Assembly: GCA_041496385.1 (NCBI GenBank)
Contig: JBGQEL010000025.1
Span: 1 to 45,579, forward strand
Origin: Candidatus Methylomirabilia bacterium
GTDB taxonomy: Bacteria > Methylomirabilota > Methylomirabilia > Rokubacteriales > CSP1-6
Length of the DNA stretch: 45,579 nucleotides
Direction: 5' to 3'
Shown: in pieces, positions 1-8,653 of the stretch
How positions within the stretch are numbered: the first letter of the stretch is position 1
Layout: the number at the start of each line of letters is the position of its first letter
Translations under genes and position numbers: made by a program
The notes under the pieces: generated by a model
What the model saw: the letters and a program-made list of their open reading frames with translations, nothing else
What the model was told of the DNA's origin: nothing
Database searches by the model: none

Positions 1-1
1 C

Positions 2-538
2 ATGGGAAGGGTCACCCTCGCGGAGTACTGCCGCCGCGGGCCGGTCCTGCTCACCATGCTTCGCGGTCTCTACTGTCCGTACTGCCGGCGGCAGATCAGC
101 CAGCTCAGACCGACGAGCGCGGCGTTGCGGGCTGCCGGCATCGCGCTCCTGGGAGTCATTATCGCCAGCCCCGAGCGGTCGCGGCAATATTTTCGGTATT
201 TTCCGCCATCGTTTCCCATCGCGGCGGCCCCTGACCGGACGCTCCATCGCGCGTACCGTCTGCCGGAAGTCATCAGGACGCCAGAGGGACGCGAGGCGGC
301 GGAGAAGGAAGCAGCCGAGATCCTCCGGGGACTCGGCATCCAGGCTCCATCCGGTCAGGCTGCAACGGTCTTCGCAACAGCGGACGGCTTCGAGATAACT
401 GTGGAAGACGAGGCCGAGCAGCAGCGTTCACTACAAACAGGCGGATACTTCCTCATCGGGCCAGACGGTGTGATCCGCTGGTCCAGGGCCGGTGTCACCG
501 CGTCGCCCAGCGTCGAAGAACTACTTACGCTGGTCTGA
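2..538 (+). CDS. Peroxiredoxin-like / AhpC-TSA (redoxin) family protein, probably 5'-truncated by the window edge
   Basis: PVLLTMLRGLYCPYCR contains a CxxC thioredoxin-fold motif; the C-terminal GGYFLIGPDGVIRW is typical of AhpC/TSA-like proteins. Confidence 0.75.
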   Translation: MGRVTLAEYCRRGPVLLTMLRGLYCPYCRRQISQLRPTSAALRAAGIALLGVIIASPERSRQYFRYFPPSFPIAAAPDRTLHRAYRLPEVIRTPEGREAAEKEAAEILRGLGIQAPSGQAATVFATADGFEITVEDEAEQQRSLQTGGYFLIGPDGVIRWSRAGVTASPSVEELLTLV

Positions 539-833
539 CCCGCGCCTCCTGATCCGCTCTAAGGTGTTATGCCGCGCATACGCCTCTCGTTTCCTATCCC
601 CCGCCGAGCCTTGAACCAGTGTTTGCGGTTCGCCACACACTTTTCGAAAGTATCAGTGAAGTCTCGGAGGCCCACCGGGTTCCTGGACGGCGTTCTAGGT
701 GGATCTGTGGATGTGATCTAAGACACCTCCCCGCCTCCTCCGCATCTCCCCACACCTGGAATCGGTGCGGCGAGTTTCTGAATCTCATCAACGCGCAGCG
801 CGCGGCCAGCCTAGGTGCTAGAGTGCGTCTAGA

Positions 834-1328
834 ATGACTGCTGAAGTTCCTGCACACACACCTGCCGACGAGCCAAGAGATCCCGGGGTCACGCCCAGCC
901 AGGTCGAGATGAAGGACGCCGCGCTCGCCCTAAGAAAACCGGATGAGAGCCGAGGCGGGCTGGAACAGAGTGCGATGGCGACAGCCCTCCGGGAAGCTGA
1001 CGCCTTTCGGACTACGGCGGCCCGGGTCTTCGCGGAGAGATGGGCGGAAGAAACTCACGCGCGCTCCACGAAAACCGAGGAGGAACTCAAGGAGGCGCGG
1101 GCAGCCCTGATGGAAGAGCGAGTCAAGTCCGCTCGTCTCGAGGAACGAGTGTCGAGCATGACCCGGGATCGCAGAGCTGAAGAGCGGCTCAAAGTGCTGG
1201 GCGGGGCGATTCTGGGAGCGGGTCTCTCGCTTCTATTCGGCCCCTGGTGGCTAGCTGGCATCGGCGGTGCGGTCGGCGGGCTGGTGATCGCGTACGGTGT
1301 GCCCGCGTGGCCTTGGAAGGGGAAATGA
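834..1328 (+). CDS. Hypothetical protein, coiled-coil plus two C-terminal TM helices
   Basis: 164-aa ORF; EEELKEARAALMEERVKSARLEERV heptad-like stretch; hydrophobic Gly-rich C-terminus; stop overlaps the next ATG (ATGA at 1325-1328). Confidence 0.7.
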   Translation: MTAEVPAHTPADEPRDPGVTPSQVEMKDAALALRKPDESRGGLEQSAMATALREADAFRTTAARVFAERWAEETHARSTKTEEELKEARAALMEERVKSARLEERVSSMTRDRRAEERLKVLGGAILGAGLSLLFGPWWLAGIGGAVGGLVIAYGVPAWPWKGK

Positions 1329-1732
1329 GCGCTCTTCTCCCGAAAATATGGCCGCTTGACCTTTTGGGCGTTGTTCTCCCCGGCCACCCCAATGAGGAGC
1401 GTATAAGTCTTCGCGCTGTTGTCGACGTTGATCTCGGGGAATACTTCCTGATCACGGGCTGGAGGATGACGAACGACCTCGCCCTGCCGTTGAACAGCGA
1501 CTCGTTTTGGTTTGGGAAGACCCAGGTCGCGGCGGGGTCGTGGGTTGTCGTCTACACTGGCCCCGGGGAACAGCGGATGACCTCGATGCCATCTGGTGAA
1601 CCCTGCCTCGTCCTCCACTGGGGGAAAAGTCAGACGCTGTTCACTGCTCCCGAGGTCGTGCCCGTTCTAATCCATGTCGACTCAGTCTCGGTCGGGCGGC
1701 AACTCAGACCGGTGTTACCCGTGACAACATAG
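1325..1732 (+). CDS. Hypothetical protein, lamin-tail-domain (LTD)-like beta-sandwich
   Basis: ATG 1325 coupled to the upstream stop; pattern NEERISL..DVDLGEY..FWF...VAAGSWVVVYTGPG..LHWG resembles LTD proteins (recognised by eye). Confidence 0.6.
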   Translation: MSALLPKIWPLDLLGVVLPGHPNEERISLRAVVDVDLGEYFLITGWRMTNDLALPLNSDSFWFGKTQVAAGSWVVVYTGPGEQRMTSMPSGEPCLVLHWGKSQTLFTAPEVVPVLIHVDSVSVGRQLRPVLPVTT

Positions 1733-1797
1733 TTGAGTCTCAAGCGGGACAGAATCTATCGCGGGTGTCGATTTCTCTTGCGTCCTCGCCGTCTAGA

Positions 1798-2502
1798 ATG
1801 CGAGGCCGAACGGCGACAGTGAATCTCAAGCGCGGATTTCGCCGACTCGCCATCGTTCTTTCCGGCGGCCTGCTCGTTGTCGCGCTGGCAGCGGATGCAT
1901 GGCTGATGCCTCCGCTGTCGGCAGGTGTTCGCGTTACGCTGACCGGCGGCCGTGAGCTAACCCTCGAGCACATGCCGGAGGTAAGGCCGGGGATGACCGT
2001 TCGTGAAGCGATCGCTACAGCGCTCTCGCTCTCACCCTTACCCCCGCGCGATAGCTTCATCCCCGACAGCCCTCCTCCAGATTACCCGCGTACGAAGGTC
2101 GAAGCTTCCAGGCCATCCACTGGGATCGCAGCGCTCGAGCGCGACCTTGCGGAGATGGATCGCGCCGCCAGGCTGCGCGCCTTCCGCCAGAAATATCCCC
2201 AATACAACGATATGACCGATGATGCTCTGGCATGGGCGCTCGCCGCGAAGTTCCCCGAGTATCGAGGTCTCGTAGCCAACCTACCGCCAGGTTTCGTTCC
2301 CGTCCCTGATGAACGTTCCGCGTTGCTCGACAAGGTGCGCGCTGCCGATATCCGTGACGTTACCGTCATGAGAGCTGGCTTGACTCCGCGGTTCGCGTGG
2401 TGGTGGGCGCACGCGGGCTTCTCACGTCTCGCGATTGCCGTCGCCGCGCTACTATGGCTGAGCTTCTTCGCCGCTCTCTGGATAGCGCGAGGTTTCGCCT
2501 GA
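1798..2502 (+). CDS. Hypothetical membrane protein with N- and C-terminal TM helices; start ATG 1798 or GTG 1819
   Basis: NLKRGFRRLAIVLS.. N-terminal TM; ..ALWIARGFA C-terminal TM; internal FRQKYPQYNDMTDDALA motif. Confidence 0.65.
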   Translation: MRGRTATVNLKRGFRRLAIVLSGGLLVVALAADAWLMPPLSAGVRVTLTGGRELTLEHMPEVRPGMTVREAIATALSLSPLPPRDSFIPDSPPPDYPRTKVEASRPSTGIAALERDLAEMDRAARLRAFRQKYPQYNDMTDDALAWALAAKFPEYRGLVANLPPGFVPVPDERSALLDKVRAADIRDVTVMRAGLTPRFAWWWAHAGFSRLAIAVAALLWLSFFAALWIARGFA

Positions 2503-2524
2503 AGATGCCGATCTGTTCCCTGAA

Positions 2525-3235
2525 ATGAGCCTCGTGGAGGAGATCATGGCCCTTCGCGGAGCATCCACGTGGATCGCTGTCGGTGGCGTCATAACTCTCT
2601 TCGGAGGAATCTGCTCACTCGTCGGCGTGTGGCTCAAAAGTCACGAGGATGCCGCGAGGCACCATGAGCAGATGCTACTGCTCGCTGGCGCAGAGGACAC
2701 GTTCTGCCAACTCACAGTCTACATCGATCGTGACGGCCCGGGTTGGTTCATATCAAATCTCCATCGCGGCCCCGGCGGTCCGATCTACGACGTGCAGGTT
2801 CTCATCACCGAAGTGACGGAAGACGGCAGATCTCTCCCGCACACGGAGACATTAATCCACGTCGGCACGATGACGTCAGTCACGACGCCCCTGATGTTGC
2901 ATGCGCTCGGCCAGCCCAAGGACCTTACCGCTTCTGGGACGCCCCGATACTTCAACGCGCAGGCAACGCAGCGAAACGGAGTCGCCGTTCAGGAGATTGT
3001 CGTCTATCCGCAGCCGAAGGGCTTCATAGAGTTTGGCTTCCTCCGCCTGGACTTTAACGGGAGGTCTGCCAAGCCCAGCAACAAGCTGTTGCTGAACAAC
3101 ATCTCCAAGTTGATCGAGATTCCCGAGACAACAATTCAGCACATCAAGCAGCTCCGCGCAGAACGGGAAGCACGTCGCCAACGGCGACTTGAAGATCCCA
3201 CTCTCGATCTGACGCTCCCGATGGAGCGGCTGTGA
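2525..3235 (+). CDS. Hypothetical protein with an N-terminal TM helix
   Basis: 236-aa ORF; WIAVGGVITLFGGICSLVGVWL hydrophobic segment followed by a beta-rich soluble region. Confidence 0.65.
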   Translation: MSLVEEIMALRGASTWIAVGGVITLFGGICSLVGVWLKSHEDAARHHEQMLLLAGAEDTFCQLTVYIDRDGPGWFISNLHRGPGGPIYDVQVLITEVTEDGRSLPHTETLIHVGTMTSVTTPLMLHALGQPKDLTASGTPRYFNAQATQRNGVAVQEIVVYPQPKGFIEFGFLRLDFNGRSAKPSNKLLLNNISKLIEIPETTIQHIKQLRAEREARRQRRLEDPTLDLTLPMERL

Positions 3236-3412
3236 GGCACCCGTTGAAGAATTCGGCGCGACGTGTGGCGAAGGACCGTGGCGCTGCGCCTCGGGAACTG
3301 AGGTCTGCCGCGCTCCGCAGTCGCAGGTCACCCAGGCCGATGATGACGGCAAGACGCAAGAGCAGTCAAGATCTAGGCGCGCACAAGACCAGAGTGCTTG
3401 GAACTCCACAAC

Positions 3413-3455
3413 AAAAACCCGGAGCCGTCGAACTCGACTGCCCGGCAGCTCCGGG
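3413..3455 (-). terminator. Probable intrinsic terminator downstream of cysE
   Basis: 8-bp stem CCCGGAGC (3418-3425)/GCTCCGGG (3448-3455), followed on the minus strand by TTTTTGTTG. Confidence 0.55.
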
Positions 3456-3505
3456 CAATGAGCTATCCCAACCAATCGTTCGGGTCGAGCTCCCGAAGTT
3501 CATGC

Positions 3506-4102
3506 TCACGCGCCGAGCTCCACCGCCACGGCGTCCGCCGGCGGGCGCATCCGCGGGAGCTCCTCGTCGACGCGCTCGCCGTGGAGCTTGACGATACGCG
3601 CGGGCGTGCCGACCACGGTCGCGTGGGCGGGCACGTCGCGGTTGATCACGAAGGCGTTGGCGCCGACCTTGGCGTCGTCGCCGACGCGGATCGGCCCGAG
3701 CAGGATCGCGTTGGTCCCGATGAACACGCGATCGCCCACCACCGGGTGCCGCTGGCCGTCGTACTTCCCGGTGCCGCCGAGCGTGACGTTGTGGAACATC
3801 ACGCAGTGATCGCCGACCCGCGCGGTCTCACCGATCACGACGCCCGCGCCGTGGTCGATGAAGAACCCGCGGCCGATGCGCGCCGCCGGGTGGATCTCCA
3901 CGCCGGTCCAGAAGCGCGCCCACACCGAGACCAGGCGGCCCAGCAGCCGCAGGCCCAGGCGCGTGTGCAGCCAGTGGGCGAACCGGTACATGAGGATCGC
4001 GTGCAGCGGGGTGTGGCAGAGCAGGATCTCGAGCCATCCGTGCGCCGCCGGATCGTTCCGCTTCACCGCTCGAATGTCGTCCAGCACCATGCTCATCGGC
4101 AC
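3506..4102 (-). CDS. cysE: Serine O-acetyltransferase
   Basis: ND PAA start motif, TGVEIHPAARIG, FFIDHGAGVVIGET, VTLGGTG..RHP, hexapeptide repeats; GGAGG RBS upstream. Confidence 0.93.
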   Translation of the reverse strand: MPMSMVLDDIRAVKRNDPAAHGWLEILLCHTPLHAILMYRFAHWLHTRLGLRLLGRLVSVWARFWTGVEIHPAARIGRGFFIDHGAGVVIGETARVGDHCVMFHNVTLGGTGKYDGQRHPVVGDRVFIGTNAILLGPIRVGDDAKVGANAFVINRDVPAHATVVGTPARIVKLHGERVDEELPRMRPPADAVAVELGA

Positions 4103-4117
4103 TGCCGTCTCCTCCCC

Positions 4118-4160
4118 TGAAAGCGCGAACGCCTCCGACCGGAGTTGGAGGCGTTCCGCG
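4118..4160 (-). terminator. Attenuator-like hairpin between the leader peptide and cysE
   Basis: Perfect 10-bp stem GAACGCCTCC/GGAGGCGTTC (4147-4156 with 4127-4136), followed by a short CTTTC tract and then the cysE RBS. Confidence 0.55.
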
Positions 4161-4181
4161 TTCGCTCGCGCGTGAGTCGCC

Positions 4182-4277
4182 CTACCTCTGCGTCCAGTCC
4201 GCTCCCCGCCCCGCGATCGAGGGGCGACAGATGCAATCCCGGCACCGGATCTCGGTCGGCTGCGCGCGTCGAGTCAT
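4182..4277 (-). CDS. Putative cysE leader peptide MTRRAQPTEIRCRDCICRPSIAGRGADWTQR (31 aa, 3 Cys)
   Basis: ATG lies 9 nt after a sigma70-like -10; clustered Cys codons (TGC..TGC ATC TGT); hairpin and cysE lie directly downstream. Confidence 0.6.
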   Translation of the reverse strand: MTRRAQPTEIRCRDCICRPSIAGRGADWTQR

Positions 4278-4286
4278 GACAGACCT

Positions 4287-4315
4287 TCTATACCGCGGCC
4301 GGCGCACGCCTGCAA
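4287..4315 (-). promoter_or_regulatory. Sigma70-like promoter for the leader/cysE
   Basis: TTGCAG-N17-TATAGA on the minus strand. Confidence 0.55.
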
Positions 4316-4330
4316 CCCGACGGCGTCCGG

Positions 4331-5323
4331 TCACCCGCGAGTCCTCCCCGCCAGCTCGTAGGCCCGGTCGATCAGCCGGACCGCGCGCAGGCAGTCGTGG
4401 ACGCCGATGGGCGGCGGGGCGCCCCGCCGCCAGCAGTCGAGCGTGTCGCGGAGCACCGTGCGCGCCAGCGGCTCCTCCAGACGTGCCGGCCAGGTCTCCT
4501 CGGCCGTGGCCGTGACGAGCCGGATCGTGTCGTCCTTCATGACGAGCAGGGCGTCGCGGCCGGACACCTTCCACTCGCCGTCGGTCCCGTCGCGCGGGAA
4601 CATGTTGCCCATCTCGATCGTGCCGAGCACCCCGCCGGCCGAGCGCAGCAGGACGGACGCGTAGTCCTCCACGGGCTGCCCCAGCGCGCGGCGCGTGAGC
4701 TGGGCTCCCGTCACCTCCGCCTCCTCGCCCGTGAGCTGCAGGAACACGTCCAGGCCGTGCGGCCCGAGGTTGCGCAGGCATCCGCCGCCCGTCTCGGCGG
4801 GATCGAGCATCCAGGGCGCATCCCACGCGGGATAGCGGGCCGAGCTCGGCCGGTTCAGCCGGAAGTACACGTGCGACAGCGTGCCGAAGCGACCCTCGGC
4901 CAGCAGCGCCCGCGCGCGCGTCATGAACGGGTGATAGCGCTGGATGAGCGGGACGGCGACGAACCCGCGCGTGGACGCGGCGCGCTCGGCGATGCGCTCG
5001 ACCTCGCCGGCGTTCACCCCCATGGGCTTTTCCATCAGGAACGGGACGCCGCGGTCGAGCAGGTGCAGAGCCACCTCGGCCATGTCTCTGTGGCGTCCGA
5101 GCGCGATCACGAAATCGGGTCGCGTCGCGTCGAGCATCTCGCGGTAGTCGGTGAAGACGGGAGGATTGCCCAGCACGGCTGCGCGGCCGGCGGCCACCGC
5201 CGCGCTGGGGTCGTGCACGCCGACCAGCCGCGCGTCGGGCATGTCGGCGAGATGGCGCAGATAGGCCGAGTCGTACAGCGAGTGCCAGTGGCTGACGCCG
5301 ATCGCCGCGACGCGAGTCGTCAC
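4331..5323 (-). CDS. Gfo/Idh/MocA family oxidoreductase
   Basis: N-terminal Rossmann-like region, LMEKP motif, GGGCL.NLGPH.LD. Confidence 0.88.
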   Translation of the reverse strand: MTTRVAAIGVSHWHSLYDSAYLRHLADMPDARLVGVHDPSAAVAAGRAAVLGNPPVFTDYREMLDATRPDFVIALGRHRDMAEVALHLLDRGVPFLMEKPMGVNAGEVERIAERAASTRGFVAVPLIQRYHPFMTRARALLAEGRFGTLSHVYFRLNRPSSARYPAWDAPWMLDPAETGGGCLRNLGPHGLDVFLQLTGEEAEVTGAQLTRRALGQPVEDYASVLLRSAGGVLGTIEMGNMFPRDGTDGEWKVSGRDALLVMKDDTIRLVTATAEETWPARLEEPLARTVLRDTLDCWRRGAPPPIGVHDCLRAVRLIDRAYELAGRTRG

Positions 5324-5350
5324 GAGCCGGCAGTGTACCCCAGCTTCCCC

Positions 5351-5809
5351 TCAGGGCGTCGCGGCTTGCCGCCACTCGCGGATCTGGCCCGCGTGCTCGC
5401 GATAGTGCTGGGCGCCGGTGCCCTCGAGCACGGCGCGCGCTGCGGCGCCCTGAGCCCAGTGGGGTTCCGCCAGGGCTGCGGCCGAGTCGACGAAGTCGCG
5501 ATGGGACGCGTCGAGCTCGGCGAGAACGTCGGTCACCTTCACGCCGGTCTTCTGCTCGACGAACCGGCCGTTCCAGGCGTCGAAGTCGTCATAGGTTCCG
5601 GGCGGGTACGGCGCCTCGCCCCGTCCGATCAGCCCGAGGGCCGGGATCATCGCCCGGTGCCAGCCCGAGACGTGGATCAGGATCTCGCGCACGCCCCAGG
5701 TGCCGAGCCACACCCGGCGCATCTGCTCCTCCGACAGGCCGCCGATCGCCTGGCGCAGCTCGACGAACGCCTCGTCCGCCTCTGTCAGCAGCTTGCTCTT
5801 GTCGCTCAT
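5351..5809 (-). CDS. DinB-superfamily four-helix bundle protein (ClbS/DfsB-like)
   Basis: W.VREILIHVSGWH and C-terminal HYREH motifs. Confidence 0.75.
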   Translation of the reverse strand: MSDKSKLLTEADEAFVELRQAIGGLSEEQMRRVWLGTWGVREILIHVSGWHRAMIPALGLIGRGEAPYPPGTYDDFDAWNGRFVEQKTGVKVTDVLAELDASHRDFVDSAAALAEPHWAQGAAARAVLEGTGAQHYREHAGQIREWRQAATP

Positions 5810-5895
5810 GGGTCCCCCCGGTCTCGACAGTCTGGCTACGCCTGCTGAGACCCCGGCCGGCCGCCGTTGTGAAATTGCGAAGGGCCCGCGCGCCG

Positions 5896-5921
5896 GGAAC
5901 CCGAAGGGTGGACGCCGCGTT
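5896..5921 (+). promoter_or_regulatory. ECF-sigma-type promoter upstream of the CHRD gene
   Basis: GGAAC-N17-CGTT, ~76 nt upstream of the ATG. Confidence 0.5.
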
Positions 5922-5997
5922 TAGCGGGTGGCGACGCAGTGGTGGCGTGGCTACGATCTCGGCTCACCCTCAACTCAATCAATGGAGGAACCGCGCG

Positions 5998-6591
5998 ATG
6001 AGGATTTCCGTCTTTCTGCTCTCCCTGTTGACGGCCGTCGGGATGGTCCCCGCCGCCGCCCTGGCCGGCGATGACGATCATGGTCAGGCGTTCGGCGCCC
6101 AGCTCTCCGGTTACAACGAGGTTCACTTCATCGCCGCGCCGACGCCCGCGCTCCGCGGGGCGGTCTCGACCGCGGCCAGCGGGAGGTTCAAGCTTCGGAT
6201 CGACGACAAGGCACAGATGATCAGCTACGAGCTCACCTTCCAGGGCCTGGAGGCACCGGTCACCCAGTCCCACATCCACTTCGGCCAGCGTCACACGGTC
6301 GGCGGGATCGTGGTCTGGCTTTGCCAGACCACGGGTACGCCGGCGCCGGCGGCGGTCGCCGCGGCGACGCCCTTCTGCCCCAGCGAAGGCACGGTGACCG
6401 GAACGATCACTCCCGCCCAGGTGCTGACCGTCACCGGACAGGGGATCGACGCCGGGCAGTTCGACGAGCTCCTCGCCGCGATTCGCGCCGGCGCGACCTA
6501 CGCCAACGTCCACTCCACGCTGTTTCCGCCCGGCGAGATCCGCGGCCACGTCCGCCACGAGCACGAGCGGGGACACCACGACCGCGACTAG
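5998..6591 (+). CDS. Secreted CHRD-domain protein
   Basis: GGAGG RBS, signal peptide, LSGYNEV, SHIHFG, YANVHST.FP.GEIRG; His-rich tail. Confidence 0.9.
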   Translation: MRISVFLLSLLTAVGMVPAAALAGDDDHGQAFGAQLSGYNEVHFIAAPTPALRGAVSTAASGRFKLRIDDKAQMISYELTFQGLEAPVTQSHIHFGQRHTVGGIVVWLCQTTGTPAPAAVAAATPFCPSEGTVTGTITPAQVLTVTGQGIDAGQFDELLAAIRAGATYANVHSTLFPPGEIRGHVRHEHERGHHDRD

Positions 6592-6597
6592 TCCAAT

Positions 6598-6666
6598 GCC
6601 GGCCGGGCCCGGCTCGATCACCGTCCGGCGCTGACCGGAGCGGCGAGCGAGCGGGCCCGGCCCGGC
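6598..6666. repeat. Long imperfect GC-rich hairpin between convergent genes
   Basis: Arms GCCGGCCGGGCCCGGCTCGATCACCGTCCGG and CCGGAGCGGCGAGCGAGCGGGCCCGGCCCGGC are largely complementary. Confidence 0.5.
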
Positions 6667-6693
6667 GCCACCGCCGCGGCGACAGCGCCAATC

Positions 6694-8652
6694 TTACTTG
6701 CGGCGCCGGGCGGTCGAGCGGCCGGGACGATAGCCCACCGCCTTCGGCGGCGGCGGCGCGTGGTGATAGCCGCCCTGGTCGAGGTCGGCGCCGGGCACCG
6801 TCGGGGCGGTGGCGCGCGCAGCCGCCCGCCGCGCCTCGATCGCCTCGCGCGGTGGTGTTCCCGGGATGAGCGCGTCGCAACCCTCGCCGATCAAATCGCC
6901 GCGGCCCGCGGCGAGCAGGGCCCGGCGCGTCTCGAAGTAGTTCTCCGGCTTGAAGAACTGCAGGAGTGCCAGCTGCATCTTCCGGTCGGTCGTCGCCCGC
7001 GCGACGGCGACGGGCTTCATGCTGATCGGATCGAGGCCCGTGTAGTACATGCACGTCGCGATGTCCATGGGCGCGGGAATGAAGTCCTGCACCTGGCGCG
7101 GGCGATAGCCGTTGCGCTTCAGGTAGAGCGCCAGATCGATCATCGCCTCCACCGTCGAGCCCGGATGGCTCGCGATGTAGTAGGGCACCAGGTACTGCTT
7201 GGGCTTGCCGGCGGCCACCGAGGCGGCCTTGAACTCGCGGGCGAAGGCGTCGAAGTCCTCCACGCCCGGCTTCTTCATCAGCTCCAGCGTGACGGGATCG
7301 GTGTGCTCCGGCGCGACCTTGAGATGGCCGCCGACGTGGTGCGCGGCCAGCTCGCGGACGTAGCGCGGGGCGAGGCGGGCGAGGTCCATGCGGATCCCGC
7401 TCGCGATGTTGACGCGGGTGACGCCCTCCACCGCGCGGGCCTTCTGCATGAGGTCGATGAGAGGGCCGTGATCGGTCCCGAGGAGCTTGCACACCTTCGG
7501 GTGCACGCACGACAGGCGGCGGCAGACCTGCTCGACTTCGGGTTGCGTGCAGCGCATCCGGTACATGTTGGCCGTCGGGCCGCCGAGGTCGCTCACGGTC
7601 CCCTTGAACGCCGGCGACGCCGCCAGCGCCTTCACCTCGCGTAGCACCGAGGCCTTCGAGCGCGACGAGATAATGCGGCCCTGATGCGTCGTGATCGAGC
7701 AGAACGTGCAGCCGCCGAAACAGCCGCGCATGATCGTGACGGAGTCGCGGATCATCGCGTCGGCCGGGATCGCCTCCCGGTATGACGGATGCGGCGACCT
7801 AAGATACGGCAACCCGTACACCGCGTCCATCTCGCGCTCGTCGAGCGGCATGGCGGGCGGGTTCACCACGACGACGCGCTCGCCGTGGCGCTGCACCAGG
7901 CGCCGCGCGTTGAGCGGGTTGGTCTCGCGGTGGATCAGGCGCGTGGCGTCGGCGAACGCGCGAAACCCCTCGGGCGTGCGCGCCGCCACCGTCTCGCAGC
8001 TCGGCAGCTCGACGGCGTCGGCCGGCGCCTCCTCGCTCGCCCCCAGGAGGTAGGCCACGCCCCGCACGTCGCGCAGGTGCTTCACGTCCTCCCCCGCGGC
8101 GAGCCGCTCGGCGATCTCCCGGATGGCGCGCTCGCCCATGCCGTGGACGAGGAGGTCGCACTTGCTGGGCAGCAGGATCGAGGGTCGCACGGTATCCGAC
8201 CAGTAGTCGTAGTGCGCGAGCCGCCGCAGCGAGGCCTCCACCCCGCCCGCGACGACGGGCACGCCGGGAAACGCCTCGCGACAGCGCTGGCAGTAGACCG
8301 GTGTCGGCCGATCGGGGCGCAGCCCGGTGCGGCCGCCGGGCGAGTACGCGTCGTCACTCCGCGGCTTCCGGCCCGCCGTGTAGTGGTTGATCATCGAGTC
8401 CATGTTGCCGGCGCTGACCCCGTAGAACAGCCGCGGCCGGCCCAGCGCGCGCCACGGCTCCGCGCTCCGCCAGTCGGGCTGCGCCAGGATCGCCACGCTG
8501 AAGCCCAGTGACTCGAGCCACCGCCCGAGGATCGCCATGGCGAACGAGGGATGGTCGACGTACGCGTCGCCGGTGACGAGCACGACGTCCGGCGCGCCGA
8601 CGCCACGCGCGTCGAGCTCGGCGCGGGTCATGGGGAGATGGCGGGGCGGCAT
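6694..8652 (-). CDS. ygiQ: YgiQ-family (UPF0313) radical SAM protein
   Basis: [45 protein letters not shown] (CxxxCxxC), [17 protein letters not shown]. Confidence 0.92.
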   Translation of the reverse strand: MPPRHLPMTRAELDARGVGAPDVVLVTGDAYVDHPSFAMAILGRWLESLGFSVAILAQPDWRSAEPWRALGRPRLFYGVSAGNMDSMINHYTAGRKPRSDDAYSPGGRTGLRPDRPTPVYCQRCREAFPGVPVVAGGVEASLRRLAHYDYWSDTVRPSILLPSKCDLLVHGMGERAIREIAERLAAGEDVKHLRDVRGVAYLLGASEEAPADAVELPSCETVAARTPEGFRAFADATRLIHRETNPLNARRLVQRHGERVVVVNPPAMPLDEREMDAVYGLPYLRSPHPSYREAIPADAMIRDSVTIMRGCFGGCTFCSITTHQGRIISSRSKASVLREVKALAASPAFKGTVSDLGGPTANMYRMRCTQPEVEQVCRRLSCVHPKVCKLLGTDHGPLIDLMQKARAVEGVTRVNIASGIRMDLARLAPRYVRELAAHHVGGHLKVAPEHTDPVTLELMKKPGVEDFDAFAREFKAASVAAGKPKQYLVPYYIASHPGSTVEAMIDLALYLKRNGYRPRQVQDFIPAPMDIATCMYYTGLDPISMKPVAVARATTDRKMQLALLQFFKPENYFETRRALLAAGRGDLIGEGCDALIPGTPPREAIEARRAAARATAPTVPGADLDQGGYHHAPPPPKAVGYRPGRSTARRRK

Positions 8653-8653
8653 C

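Noticed and set aside
533..572. attC-like ends: GTCTGAC at the stop codon and GTTATGC
   Set aside because: Only 40 nt, the inner boxes are not complementary, there is no similar site after the other island genes, and no integrase is present
594..660. tRNA T-loop-like GGTTCAAG on the minus strand (possible att site)
   Set aside because: No cloverleaf or CCA end can be built
2876..3475. Minus-strand ORF with CSC and CDC motifs
   Set aside because: Overlaps the 2525-3235 gene antisense and crosses the terminator; no recognisable family
4120..4290. SAM-I riboswitch or T-box upstream of cysE
   Set aside because: Neither the AUC..GAG/GCAACC core nor the T-box UGGNACC motif is present; the leader-peptide model fits better
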